Shown here: piece by piece, positions 17,634 through 34,861 of the stretch | How the letters are laid out: each line of letters begins with the position of its first letter | Numbering within the stretch: the first letter of the stretch is position 1 | Made by a program: the position numbers and the translations under genes | Notes under the pieces: generated by a model | What the model was told of the DNA's origin: nothing | The model's input: only the letters and a program-made list of their open reading frames with translations | Database searches by the model: none | Assembly: GCF_009914755.1 (NCBI RefSeq) | Contig: NC_060927.1 | Strand: one strand, 5' to 3' | DNA: 64,000 bases | DNA from: the human T2T-CHM13v2.0 reference genome, Homo sapiens

Positions 17634-17944
17634 ACTTTTCACTTTTTAACTTTTGCACCTTTCAAGGATTTGAGACTGGCCAATATGCCGCTATATTTCG
17701 TTGTCCTTACTGATAATCTGTCAGTTTCCATGATCAAACTGATAGACTCAAAAACATATGCTCAGGCTTTCATCTTATCATTTACATATAAGCTGGATCT
17801 GAACTAGCCAATAAAGAGTGGGGTGGGGTCTTCCTCAGATGGTGCAGGAAAGGATGCCTTGGGCTTGGATTCGCTACAAGTGCGTTTAGAGTGGAGTGGT
17901 TGATAGGCAAGAGAAGAGGCGACATTCAGGTAGGGGAAAATAAC

Positions 17945-18100
17945 GATAGAATACCTACCAAGTACAGAGAGCACACTGCCAGCCAGGCACTGTTCTAAGT
18001 CCTTTACCCATATTAACTCATTTCATCCTCCGACAACCCTACTGTTATCCAGTTGAGGAACCGAGGGACAGAGGGGTTAACTGCTGGAGGAAGTGACAGC
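17945..18100 (-). mobile_element. MIR
   Basis: gccaggcactgttctaag...aactcatttcatcctc...acaaccct...gaggaaccgagg. Confidence 0.7.
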
Positions 18101-18405
18101 TAGGATGCCTCGTTCAAAAGTGCAGCATGGCTTGGCTAAAACTGAAGCAGTAAGGGGGAAAGAACAAAGGGGTCTCACCTTTGCAGGCCAGGGACCTGGT
18201 GGAAGAATGGCTTGGAGGGCCCAGTGGAAAACTGTCCTAACTGCCCAGCTCAAGGAGTTTGGATGTTAACCTTTATTTCTTGGCCTCCTCCCAAACTCTA
18301 ACAAGGTGGTGCCTCAATGCCTGAGGAAATAAACTTCTTGAAGTACAATATAGTGTGCCTGGGGGCAAAGATGCAGCAGTCCATAGCAAGCTCCTTTATA
18401 GTATT

Positions 18406-18988
18406 TGTGAAAGGAAAATAAATCTCAGGGCCCCCAAATCACTAAGCCAGGAGAAAAATCAAGCTGGGAACCGTGTCAGGCAAACCTGCCTCCCATTTTA
18501 TGCCTAATTAAGATAGCTAAGAAGCTACATACCTCCCTCACAATTTACCCACAGGAAATTCCTTTTGGACAAAGGACAGACAGAACTCAAAGTCATCCCT
18601 CTGAGGCTCACCTGAGACAAATGAATACCTGATTGCTCCCTCTGGCCTATTGTTTATGTAAAAATGCAGATTCACTGAGCCAGACTAAATTGTGTATTCA
18701 GTGGAAGGCTGATCAAGGACCCAAAAGAATGCAACCTTTTGTCTCTTATCTGCTTCTAACCTGGAAGCCCCCACTTCAAGTTGTCCTGCCTTACAAAACC
18801 AAACCAATGTACGTCTTACACATATTGATTGATGTCTCATGTCTCCCTAAAACGTATAAAAGCACACTGTAACCCCGACCACCTTGGGTACATATTGTCA
18901 GGACTTCCCGTCACTGGCACATCCTTAACCTTGGCAAAATAAACTTTCTAAATTGACTGAGACTGGTCTCAGATATTTGGGGTTAACA
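18406..18988 (+). mobile_element. Solo ERV1 LTR, MER4A-like
   Basis: TGTGAAAGGAAAATAAATCT...TTAACA (TG...CA termini); 4-bp TSD TATT (18402-18405 / 18989-18992); internal TATAAAA and AATAAA. Confidence 0.85.
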
Positions 18989-19147
18989 TATTCTATAATA
19001 TCCTCATGTTTGTTTTGATGTAAAACGCTTGTCCCTAAACATTTTACAGGAGCTGTCCTGGGTTTATCTTGGAGCTACCTGTCTCTTAGGTCAGTGGCCT
19101 TGGAGCTACTCTTATGCCAGTTTGAGAGGCAGTGATTATAAATAATG

Positions 19148-19450
<303 letters not shown>

Positions 19451-19539
19451 TGCCCTGAAAGAGCTTGAGCTATGAGATGTTGCGTGCCAAGTGGTGATTT
19501 TAAAAGATTTGTCTGTCAGGGGAGTGTAGGATGGATTAG

Positions 19540-19910
<371 letters not shown>

Positions 19911-20579
19911 CTTATCTAGCATTCTTTAAGCCTAGGCCCTGTGGAGCGGATCTTCTGCGTGTCACCTTCCTTCTTCCAACTCCAGTGCTTTACAAACTGT
20001 TGAAATATCAGTTTGATCTGTCTCAGACTCAGATCCAACACAGTCCGTCACTTACCTAAACTGCACTTGGAAAGTTCTGCGATCAAACCTGCCCCTGGTT
20101 CCCTTCTTACTAGCCCCCCTCCTATTATCACCTGGTGGTTTCCTGAGCCCCTAACTTGCCCAGACCTGCCATAAGCTCTAAATCCTGAGTGATCCAGGCT
20201 CCAATATCTTAAAACTGGTTTAGAGATGCCTTTGCTCTGAGCTTTTGCTTTGTGGTTTATGCCTTTTTTCTTGTCCCTTCTTCTTCTTCCTTTTTTTTAT
20301 TAAGCTGGAGAGTGGAGATGCCCTTCAAATGCTTTGACTTTCATCTACTCATTAAATTCAGTATGCACTGATTGCTCACCTCGAGGCAAAACTCCCCCCC
20401 CAGCCACTGGAACAGTTTCCTTTGTGGCTACTTCTGGAACATTCCATGTCTGATCACTGCTAAGCTTCTGGACCCAAAGGAGGCTGCTGGTTTTGGATCA
20501 GTTTGACGACGGGGTTTGAGCATGGATAACCGAGAGAAATTTTATGTTTCTTATTGTTAGTTTTAAACTATGATGAGTT

Positions 20580-22175
<1,596 letters not shown>

Positions 22176-22530
22176 CAAAAAAACTTAAAAATCAGATTCG
22201 TTAAGTTTCCTGTTTCACAATTCAGATTTACCAACTCCCAAAGTGACTTGTTATGTTGGGCAATTCAATTTTAATCCAAGTCAGAAATATTTCACTGAGG
22301 CATACCTGTAATTTAACATGCAGGGAGAAAAAGAGTTCGGGGCAGAAAAACAACTATCCTACAGTATACCCCTTAGTTTAGATAAGGCACTTAATTTACT
22401 CTGCTTTTAGTAGTCATGCCTAGGATTTACCACACTGCAAGAAATGAGTGACTCTGGTGACTCTTTTGTAGAGATTGATAGGCCTATGACACATGTATAC
22501 AATTTTCTTTAATGTTAAGATTAACTTTTT

Positions 22531-22835
22531 AGGCTGGGTGCAGTGGTGTCTCATGCCTGTAATCCCAGCACTTTGGAAGGCCAAGGCAGGAAGATCACCA
22601 GAGGTCAGGAGTTCGAGACCCGCCTGGCCAACATGGTGAAAACCCATCTCTACTAAAAATACAAAAATTAGCTGGATGTGGTGGCGTGCTCCTGTAATCC
22701 TAGCTACTCAGGAGGCTGAGGTATGATAGTTGCTTGAATCTAGGAGGTGAAGGTTGCAGTGAGCCAAGATCGCACCCCTGCACTCCAGCCTGGACAACAG
22801 AGTGACACTTTGTCTCAAAATAAAATAAAATTAAA
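22531..22835 (+). mobile_element. Alu (Sx-like)
   Basis: TSD GATTAACTTTTTA. Confidence 0.9.
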
Positions 22836-23537
22836 ATGATTAACTTTTTATTTGAAAAATACCAAATTATATTCCTTTTTATAGGAAAATGCTCTGTCAT
22901 AAGTTTTTCTTTCCCTGTCCACCATGGTCCTGGTTAGGATAAAGTAATCCCTGTGCCAGCTCTCAGAGTTCACAGCCAATAAGGGACTACTGAGGGCAGA
23001 CCCAAAAATGACACCTAGATGATGGATGAACATGGGAGACAAGCAGGTGACAAGTCCAGGGGCACACTGGGTTCCCTGTTAGTGAAAATAGCCTATTATG
23101 GTAACTGGCATATAGTAGATCTCAGTAATTTTTGTTTGATGGCTTATTTTTAGGTTCAGCATGTGCATAGTGGTCATTGCCAAGTGTGAGGGGGGTGGAA
23201 TTTCATGTTGAGAAACGGAGTACCAAACAAGTCTCGACAGAAATTTTCAACATAGGGATAGGTGTTTCTCTTTGGTGTTGTTGCTCTTAATGTGCAAATG
23301 TAGCTGTAAGTCATAGAAATGTCATATTTCTCTGACGCTGTTAAGAAGCACACACAAGCATTTAATGACCAATTCCGAAAATACTCATTAATTATTACAT
23401 CTTTCTGAGGGCAATTTTTGAAAGGTTAATTTTGAAAATACTTTTTAATTATATATTCTAGAGGAAATATATATTTTCCAGCTTTCATGAATGATGTTAA
23501 CAAATCCATTAATGAAATTATAGTAAAAGTTGTGATA

Positions 23538-23842
23538 TTTTTCTTTTTTTTTTTTTTTTTTGAGACAGAGTCTCGCTGTCACCCAGGCTGGAGTGCAGTG
23601 GCACGACCTCGGCTCACTGCAAGCTCCGCCTCCCAGGTTCATGCCATTCTCCTACCTCAGCCTCCCACAGTAGCTGGGACTACAGGCGCCCACCACCATG
23701 CCCGGCTAATTTTTTGTATTTTTAGTAGAGACAGGGATTCACCGTGTTAGCCAGGATGGTCTCAATCTCCTGACCTTGCGATCCGTCCGTTGCGGCCTCC
23801 CAAAGTGCTGGGATTACAGGCGTGAGCCACTGCACCCGGCCC
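23538..23842 (-). mobile_element. AluY-like
   Basis: Y-type positions gcaagctccgcc, ccattctcc, caccgtgttagccaggatggtctc. Confidence 0.88.
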
Positions 23843-24230
23843 CAGCATTTTTCAATTAAGTTGGCCATGCTTGTTTTATTTTATTTTTTTCACATCGGAT
23901 ATTGCTTATGTAAAATTTTCTTTAAGATTATCAGTAGAGCTTAGACATGGAGGAAACTCTCCTGGATTCTTTCTCTAAATGCCCTCTTTCCGCTGGAGCA
24001 AAGCAATCACAATGCGTTCCTCTTTTCCTGGATGTTTTCTCATATCACCTAAAGGGCATAGATTCCTTTCCAGTTATTTCAGTAAAAAGTAGAATGAATG
24101 AATACAAATACACATAAACACACACACTATATTTTAAACCAATCATGTTTAGAGACTTCTTGAGTAAATGCCAGTAATAAAGGAGTAGGCAGGAGATGGA
24201 GAAGAGACACAGAACAGGTATGGTCTACAC

Positions 24231-24456
24231 CAGGGGTGTCCAATCTTTTGGCTTCCCTGGGCCACATTGGAAGAAGAAGTCTTGGGCCACACATAAAATA
24301 CACTAATACGAACGATAGCTGATGAGCTTAAAAAAAAATCCCCCCTCCCCCCCAAATCTTACAATGTTTTAAGAAAGTTTACGAATTTGTGTTGGGCCAC
24401 ATTCAAAGCCATCCTGGGCCTCATGTGGCCCACAGGCCACAGGTTGAACAAGCTTG
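24231..24456 (+). mobile_element. MER30 (hAT-Charlie MITE)
   Basis: CAGGGGTGTCCAATCTTTTGGCTTCCCTGGGCCAC...GAACAAGCTTG; 8-bp TSD (G/T)TCTACAC. Confidence 0.88.
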
Positions 24457-24506
24457 TTCTACACAGATGTGGCTTGGGGAGAAATGCTATAGGAGTGGAG
24501 TGATAA

Positions 24507-24930
<424 letters not shown>

Positions 24931-25875
24931 CTCACCTTTACCTTGTCTTAGGTATACTAGTGGCCTTTAAAACAGTGCTTAGCTAGCAGTTCAGCAGCCT
25001 TTCAAAAGATGGGACAAGCTTCTGGACCCCTACCCTTCTTGGGGTGTCATGTTTGGGGCTGGGGTGGGGAATGGAGGCTGAGCAGCTGCTCAAGGACCAG
25101 GTACACAAGAAGCCATGGCTCAGCCATCAGCCACCAGCCCAGGACCCAGCTTTCACCTGTTTGCAGTAGCTGATGCCCCTTTTGTAGAATACGGCCCCTC
25201 ATATTCAATTGCTGGTGGAGGAAAATGAGAAATCTGGGCCCAGGATCAGAAGAATTGAGTTCCAGTCCTCATTGCCATCAATTAGCTGAGCAACCGTGCA
25301 ACTGCCTGCCACCCTCTGGACCTCAGTTTGCTCATCTGGAAAGTGAAGGGCCTGGTCCCTGCCAGAGCTGGCTCTATAATTACCACTTGCAAAGCCAAAT
25401 GTGTTCCGCACTTGGCAGCAGGCTCTACTTTACATAACCTGATATGCCGACTAAAAATTCTTCTACAAAAAAGCAATGTGCTTGCATAGAAGACGGAATG
25501 CCTGTTTGAACGTGTTCTTTATGTGGGAAGACTATGAGGGCCTGTCTTACGGGTGGACTCTAAAAATGATCACCTTTCCTCTTTAAAGGCTGTCCCAAGA
25601 GGCCTCCATCAGCTTCCTAGCGAATCCACCCCAATTATTTAATCATCAATCAGGAAATACTTCATTCCTTGTAACTCAGGGGCATTTGATAGTTTCCTCT
25701 TCTCCCAGCTTCAGTGGAGATTGATCACTGTCCCCTCCAATATTTCAGAGACCATAATATAAAACATGATGCCTGCAATGCTCACTAGGGGTTCTTCTTA
25801 TGTTAGACTAGACATTCAGACTCTTAGCCTTTCAGAGACCACACTTGGCTTTAGTCAACTCAAAAAGATGTAGGG

Positions 25876-26345
25876 GGCTGAGTGTGGTGCCTCATGCCTG
25901 TAATCCCAGCACTTTGGGAGGCCAAGGCAGGAGGATTGCTTGAGCCCAGGAGCTTGAAACAGACCAGCATGGGCAATATGGTGAAAGCTCGTCTCATGAA
26001 AAATTAGCCAGGCACAGTAATGACATGCATGTTGTCCCAGCTACTTGAGAGGCTGAGGTGGAAGAATTGCTTAAGCCCAGGAGTTCGAGGTTATAGTGAG
26101 CTATGATTGCACCACTCTGTACTCCATCCTGGGACACAGAGTGAGACCTTGTCTTAAAAAAAAAAAAAAAAAAAGGGAGAAGAAGAAGCTGGGCATGCAC
26201 GTGGCTCATGCCTGTTATCCCAGCATTTTGGGAAGCTGAGGTGAGAGGATCACCTGAGCCCAGGAGTTCAAGACTAGCCTGGGAAACATGGTGAGACCTT
26301 GTCTCTACAAAAGAAAAAAGAAAAGCCAAAAAAAAAAAAAATTTA
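25876..26345 (+). mobile_element. Alu (J-like) plus adjacent Alu monomer
   Basis: Full Alu to ~26175, left monomer ~26187-26345. Confidence 0.88.
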
Positions 26346-26479
26346 AAAAGAAAAAGGAGGCAGAGCACATATACCAGGTATATTTGAAAGATCAAAGTAT
26401 ACTGAAGTAGACCAGGAATCAGATTGCACAACTCACAAAGCCCTTCAGAGCCTGGCCCCTACTCCCACCCTCACAGACA

Positions 26480-27240
26480 GATACATTCTTATCTTTGCAG
26501 ATTGTGTTTCTTCTTCCAAAGGCCCTATCCCTGATCTTTTCTGACTGGTAAACTCCTATTTGTCTTTTGATACCCCGCTCAAATGTTGCTTCCTTTGTGA
26601 AGCCTTCCAGAACTACTGTTGACAGAATGTTTTCCTCCATGTCCTTCTTTTTTGTTTGTTTTTGTTGTTATTGTTGTTTTGGAGGGAGAGGTGGGATCTC
26701 ACTATGTTGCCCAGTCTGATCAACCTAGTATGTTGCCTGAGCTTCTGGGCTCTATTAATCCTCCCTGCTTGCCCTCCCAAAGTACTGGGATGACAGGTGT
26801 GAGCCACCACAGCTGGCTTCCTTCATGTTCTTAGAGAACTTGGTCCTTGCCTCCATTGGAAGAGTTGAGGTTGAAGTTATTTGCTTATGTAATTAATCTC
26901 TGACTTATTACTCAACTCCCTGAGAGTGGGCACTGAAAAAAGTGTCTGTTGGCTAGGCGTAGTGGCTCATGCCTGTAATCCCAGCACTTGGGAGGCCGAG
27001 GCAGGAGGGCTTGAGCTCAGGGATTCAAGACCAGCCTAGGCAACATAGCAAGACCCCATCTCTACAAAATAAAGAAAAATTTTTTTTTAAATGTTTGTGG
27101 AATGATGCATTTATCCAACAAGTATTTATTGAGTGTATACCATGTGACAAATACTGTTCCAGGGTTAGGGATAAATAATGGTGTTTATGCTGGGTCTCAA
27201 AGGATAAGGAAATTTTGTAAGGTGAAGGAAGGGAGAGAAA
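26480..27240. mobile_element. L2 fragments with Alu monomers (~26645-26817 minus; ~26951-27085 plus)
   Basis: ctcaaatgttgcttcctttgtgaagccttcc and caacaagtatttattgagtg L2 motifs; Alu left arms. Confidence 0.65.
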
Positions 27241-27774
27241 CAGACTAGAGAGCTGTTCACAAAGTGCTATCTTCCTAGACAAGTAGCTCTTCTATATTCC
27301 CCCTGCCTCCCTTGGGGTGTTGGGTGCTGTTATGTGACAAGTTCTAAGCCAATATGATGTGGGGGGAAATGAGGTGCAGTAATACCAGACTTGATTCATA
27401 AAAAAATCTCTCTTGCAAAATCCTCTATATTCTTTGGCTTTCTACTGGATTGATGCAGAGCAGTAATGACCTTGAAAACAAAACAGGAAGGACCTGAATC
27501 ACCACTTTATGGGGGTAGGGGTAGGGGGCTTATCAGGAAGACACATGAGCAATAATAGATGTGGCTTGATTAGAATATTCAGGTGAGGTCCATTGTCCAA
27601 ATATCTATTTGTATTGATGCTTTGAGGTCTTTTTTTTTTTTTTAACTTGAGACTGTGGATAACAGCAGCAAAAAATGATTAGTTAAAAATGACAGATACT
27701 CTATTATGGAATGAGACTTATGTACCATTTAGAGGATATCGTGTAAGTTAATTCTCTTCATTAAGAAAATGACA

Positions 27775-28550
<776 letters not shown>

Positions 28551-28992
28551 GTAAAGACCCCTTACTCAGGGCTGGCTAAGAGATGCTTTCAAATCTTAGC
28601 CCTGATTCTATTTATTTGTTTTCATATTCCAGGACACGCTTTGCTCTAGGATGCCATGCCACTTCATTGAAATAGGGACTTAATTTTTACATTCAATAAA
28701 TTTTGTTGAGGGCTTTTTACATAGCAAAGAAATAAAACAGAGGATTTTCCCTCAGGAAGTTCAGGTGCAGCAAAGGGGCTGGCTGTCCAGTGGGGATTCA
28801 TTTTTGACTTGGACCCAGTCAGGAGGCTATTGTTTCCACCAAAAGGAAAGAAGCCTCCAAGATTCCTCCCATCACTGCATAAGGGCAGGACACCACAGCT
28901 GATTAGAGAATGGAGAGCCTTCACACAAGATAGAAAAGCTGGAGGGTTCCCAAACAAAGAGGAAGTCATATCTGGGGTAATAAATGAGAAGC

Positions 28993-29302
28993 AGGCCAGG
29001 CATGGTGGCTCACACCTGGAATCCAAGCACTTTGGGAGGCCAAGGTGGGAGGATCACTTGAGCCCAGGGATCATAGCCAGCCTGGGCAGCATAGTGAGAC
29101 TTCATCGCTCCAAAATATTTTAAAAATTAGCTGGGTGTGGTGGCATTCACCTGTGGTCCCACCACTCAGGAGGCTGAAGTGGGAGGGTTGCTTGAGCCCA
29201 GGAGGTCAGGGCTGCAGTGAGCCATGATCATGCCACTGCACTCCAGCCTCGCCAGCATAGCAAGACCCTGTCTCAAAAAAAAAAAAAAAAAAAAAAAAAA
29301 AA
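28993..29302 (+). mobile_element. Alu (J-like)
   Basis: Alu consensus, A tail. Confidence 0.9.
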
Positions 29303-29609
29303 GCAGCAGCAGGCATGTTGCAGGTAGTTTTAGATGAGTTACTTTACTGGAGAGAGAATATGAGAATATTTTATGAAATTTGAACAATGACATAAGTAAA
29401 GAAAGAGTTTTGCACTTTTGGTAATAAAGGCCATTAACCTGTGAGCTCCAGGACGATGAAGCCTGTGTTTCATCCACCACTCTATTTGTATCTGGCACCA
29501 GGTCCTGGTAAATACAGGACACTCTCAGCTTCAAATATATGTCACATTGTTCCTACTGACTATTGAAATATATTACCTCTGTTAATACTTTAACATTAAA
29601 TGACAGAGA

Positions 29610-29830
29610 GGTAGGCAATGGAGTCGGACTGCCTGGCTCAAATCCTGGCTGTGTCACTTCCTAGATATGTGACTGCAGACTAGTTACTTGCCTCTATTTC
29701 CCCTACTATTGAACAGGCATGAAAACAGTACCTACTTCATAATTATCGTGAGAATTAAAGGGGTTAATATGTGTGAGGCACAAGAATTGTGCCTGGCATA
29801 TAGGGAGTGCTTCATAATATATGAAATATT
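29610..29830 (+). mobile_element. MIR
   Basis: ggagtcggactgcctggctcaaatcctggct...tgtgac...agtacctacttcat...gtgagaattaaa. Confidence 0.75.
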
Positions 29831-30529
29831 ATTGTTGTTGTTGATTTTCAAACGGGCTCTCTCACCTGGAAGTAGCAGAGAATTTCCTTATTGGCCCACA
29901 TGTCGTGATTGTGGGCTCAGGAAAAATGTTACCAGGCCTGCAGAAATTATGAGGCCTTTGATGGTTTGCCCCAGGCTTCTGTCTTTGAATAAAAGCACCA
30001 CATTTCATAGCCCTGAGACTGAGAAGAACACCCCCATATGTTTTCCAGGGCTCTCCTCAACCTAATCTCCAACCTTGCTTTTTGCAATGTGGATTGTCAA
30101 TTAATGGCAAACTGGAGTTCTCGGAGAACCCTCAGGGAAAACCCAGACAGATCTTGCTCACCTCACCTCCCACGGGTGGCATTTTGTTTTTTATTTAACT
30201 GAAGAATTTTTCAATGAAAATGGATTTATCTCCTTTTTAATTTTGTACAATCACCGCTAAATAAAACATTGATTTCTTTGAACAATTGTACCAAACTTTA
30301 TGCACCATTAATATGACATTAACATTGCTTATGGTTATGTATTATAAGAGCAATAAAGAGGACAATATATGATCTCTAATGATTCAGTAAAAATGATGCA
30401 AATATCTCAACAAGAGCAAACAGTGTAACATTCATTTCTCCCTAGCACAAGAACAAGGAATAAAGAGACCAACCAAGGAAAAGTCCAAGGAGAAATTTAG
30501 AAATGGTGCATTAAAAGTTAATGGTTTTA

Positions 30530-30859
<330 letters not shown>

Positions 30860-30866
30860 TTAAAAG

Positions 30867-30960
30867 CTCCGCCCCGCCGGAAGTTGAGTTTTCTGCAAGC
30901 CATAGGAGACAGCGCCACCTACCGGCCCCGAGATTTGCCCAGCCGCAGAAAGGGGCGGAA
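30867..30960. promoter_or_regulatory. Intergenic GC-box / ETS / CTCF motif cluster
   Basis: CTCCGCCCC 30867-30875, CCGGAAGT 30877-30884, CAGCGCCACCTACCGGCC 30910-30927, GGGGCGGAA 30951-30959; local CpG retention in a CpG-poor background. Confidence 0.7.
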
Positions 30961-31188
30961 GGCCAGGGTAGGTTTGGGGGCAAAATGGCACAAAAGAGTT
31001 CAGCCTCAAACGGTTTTGGTGTTGATGCAATCTGGATGCCTGGTCACCTTCTCCATAGAGAGACTTGGAGCTTACTGGGGCTTCTTGTCCACAATGTGAC
31101 TCTTGGCTTCTAGACTCTTGGAGGAAGGAATGGGAAATGATGTGATGTGACCTCGAGTTGGACCATTAGCCAACGCAGTGACCTGAAA

Positions 31189-31540
31189 CAGTGGTTCTCA
31201 AACTCCACCGCACATTAGAAGCACCTGGGAGCGCAGGGCGTGGCGGGTGGCTCCTGGAATCCCAGCTACTCAGGAGGCTGAGCGGGGAAAATGGCTTGAG
31301 GCCGGAGTTAGAGGCTGCCATGAGCCATGATCGTGCCACTGCACTCCAGCCTGGGTGACAGAGGGAGACTCTGTCAAAAACAAAAACAAAACAAAACAAA
31401 ACAAAAAAACGTGCAGGTGAGAGTTTAAATACTCCTGAGACTCAGGTCTGCCCTAGACTGATGTGCTCTGGAATGGGACCCAGGCATCAGTAACTTTTAT
31501 ACCTCCTCAGGGGATCCCAATGTGAAGCTAAGACCTGCCG
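31189..31540. mobile_element. MER5-like hAT MITE interrupted by an Alu right arm (~31232-31410)
   Basis: CAGTGGTTCTCAAACT...attagaagcacctggga...gggacccaggcatcagta. Confidence 0.65.
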
Positions 31541-32102
31541 CTGTCAGGGCAGCGGGCCATTCCTGTTGTTTCACCCAAAGCCAACCTCAGAGGACCTTCG
31601 GTCTAATGCGACAAGCCAGCAGTGTGACATGTGCGTTTTCTCGTCCTGTCTTAGGGCTGTGCCTAGAAGGTGCCGCCCTCAAGGTTGGAGACAGCTCTGC
31701 ATAATAGTTCACTCCCCACTTAAAAAATAAAAATAAAAAAACCCAGCTTTGTGAAGGTATAATTGACATACACCAAAGTGTACATTTATAAAGTGTACAA
31801 TTGGACAATGTTTGACATGTGTATACTTGTGAAACCAGTGCCACAATCAAGATAATGATCATATTCTTCAAGGTTGAGCTGCAAGAGTCCTGTTTTACAC
31901 TCCCATTTCACAATTATTTAATACTTGTTCTATGCCAGGCATTGTGCTGGGTTAGAAGGAACCATGGATACAACCACTTCTCTGGGGGAACTGGTTACAG
32001 GACCAGTTGGGACATGAAGGAGGCAACTCTACTTGAGAGTACTGGGGTAGCCAGAGGAGAAAATGGTTTAGTTGATCTAGACAGATGGAGGTATTTATCA
32101 GG

Positions 32103-32772
<670 letters not shown>

Positions 32773-32881
32773 TTAGGTAGTTGAAGGAAACGGGCATTCC
32801 AAAATGGGAAAGCATGAGCATGAGGAAAAGCAAGAGGGAAAGCATGAGCAAAGGAATGGAGGCATGAAGAGATGATATGTT

Positions 32882-33198
32882 GGCTGGGCACGATGGCTCA
32901 TGTCTGTAATCTCAGCACTTTGGGAGGCCAAGGCAGGTGGATTGCTTGAGCTCATGAATTCGAGACCAGCCTGGTGACATGGCAAAACCTCGTCTCTACA
33001 AAAACACAGAAATTAGCCAGGTGTGGTGGCAAGTGCCTGTAGTCCCAGCTACTCAGGAGGCTGAGGTGGGAGGATGGTTTAAGCCTGGGAGGCAGTTTGC
33101 AATGAGCCAAGATCACACCACTGCACTCCAGGCTGGGCAACAGAGCCAGACCTTGTCTCAAAAAAATAAAATAATAATAATAATAATAATAATAAATT
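32882..33198 (+). mobile_element. Alu (J-like) with (TAA)n tail, inside L2 remnants
   Basis: Alu consensus. Confidence 0.88.
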
Positions 33199-33999
33199 AA
33201 AGAGGTGGTATGTTTAGGAAACAGCAGGTATGGCCAAAGTGGTAGTGCATCGTGGGGAGGGTCATGAGGCAAAGCCAGCACAATCAGCGGCAGTAACTGG
33301 ATGTCTAGGAGTGCCATGCCACCAGGAGTCTGACTTTATTCTATGAGCTCTATTTCTCAGTGGATGACCCCTGAAAGCTTAAGCAAGGGAGTGTCACAAT
33401 CAGATATGCATCGTAGAAAGTTCACTCTGACAGCCCTCCAAAGTGGCAGAACAATTAGTAAGAGAACCTTTGCAAAGTTACCAGCAAGCAGAAACAAATG
33501 AATTATAGGTCATATTGCACAATAATCAAAAAGAACTTTTTGAATCCAAATGCAAAAGCCATTTTCATAAACATTATACATATATATCTTTAGGAGATTA
33601 TTTTTAGTCAAACAATAGCAATGCAAGTCTTTGAAGAATGGCCCAGGAAGCCCAGAATTAGTATGGCTCAGGACCTTTGAGAAGTGACAGGAGTTGGCAT
33701 GCTCTGGTCCAAAGGGGGATCAGGAAGGGGGAAAGGCCTCTTTAGAAATAGCCTTCTACTAGTACTGAATCCAGAATCATATTTAAATACAAAGGGGGTA
33801 ATATGCAGGTCAGAAATAGAGTCTGTGATGACAAAATACAGTGGCCAGCCAATTTTAAGTTCTGCCTGCAATAACTCTGCTGCTGTTAACTGATTGGTTT
33901 ATGGCTAATGTCTTCAGTGTGGGCATTAATAGCTCATAAGAGTATGTTTCTTATATGTGATTCACCATTTAGCCATGAGAATACAAGAATAAACATAAG

Positions 34000-34460
34000 T
34001 GGTATCAGTGAGGATTTTTTGACTGCAAATAACAGGAAAAAACTACTCAAACTGGCCTTGTAGCAGAGGAAATTCCAGAGGCTTCAGGTATGGTTTGATC
34101 AAGGTGCCAGGTCCATTTCTCTCTGGTTCTCTCAGTTCTTCTCCTCTGTGTGTGTCAGCTTTGTCCCCAGCAAAACAGAAGCAGTTCAAGACTTCACACC
34201 CTCAAGCCCACTTTCCAGAAGAAGAAAGTTTCTCTTTCTCCAAACTTCCTACCAAAGTTTAGGCTTTATTCTAATTGTATCCACTTATGCCACACGTTCA
34301 CTTTTAGGACGATTACTGTGGCAAGGAGGCATGGGATTTCGCTGATTGGCTTGAGCCAACCAGAGCCAACCTCTGTAGCTGGGAGCAGGATCAGCCCCAC
34401 CCAAAATGCTCATCATCATGGGGTCGGAGTGGGATGTGCGTGGAGGAAGCAAATGTCTAC
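34000..34460 (-). mobile_element. Old MaLR (MLT1-like) LTR remnant
   Basis: tatcagtgaggat...tgcaaataacagga...actcaaactggc...gcttcaggtatggtttgatc. Confidence 0.5.
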
Positions 34461-34602
34461 TATGCAGTAGAACGTTATCTTGGGTAATCCAATAACCCCT
34501 AATAAGGATAGCAGATATCAGTCACTCCCATTTACCATGTGTCACGTTTGCTATTTAAAATGAGACTAACTGCTGTGTGCATCATCAAAACCCCCAAACT
34601 CA

Positions 34603-34845
34603 GCCTGGGCAACATAGTGAGACCCTGTCTCTAACAAAAAAAAAAAAAATTAGCTGGGCATGACAGCACACTTCTGTAGCCCCACCTACTCAGGAGGCTT
34701 ATATGGGAGGATTGTTTGAACCCAGGAGTTTGAGGCTACAGTGAGTCATGTTCACACTACTGCACTCCAGCCTGGGTGACAGAGCAAGACAGTGTCTCAA
34801 AAAAAAAAAAAAAAAAGAAAGAAAGAAAAAGAAATGAAAAAAAAG
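34603..34845 (+). mobile_element. 5'-truncated Alu just downstream of the MUC13 poly(A) site
   Basis: Alu homology from cagcctgggcaac through the A-rich tail. Confidence 0.88.
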
Positions 34846-34861
34846 CCCCAGACACAAGGAC

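Noticed and set aside
23160-23535. AT-rich segment with a faint hAT-transposase-like FSKL motif on the minus strand
   Set aside because: Too short and interrupted by stops to support by eye; needs a Dfam search
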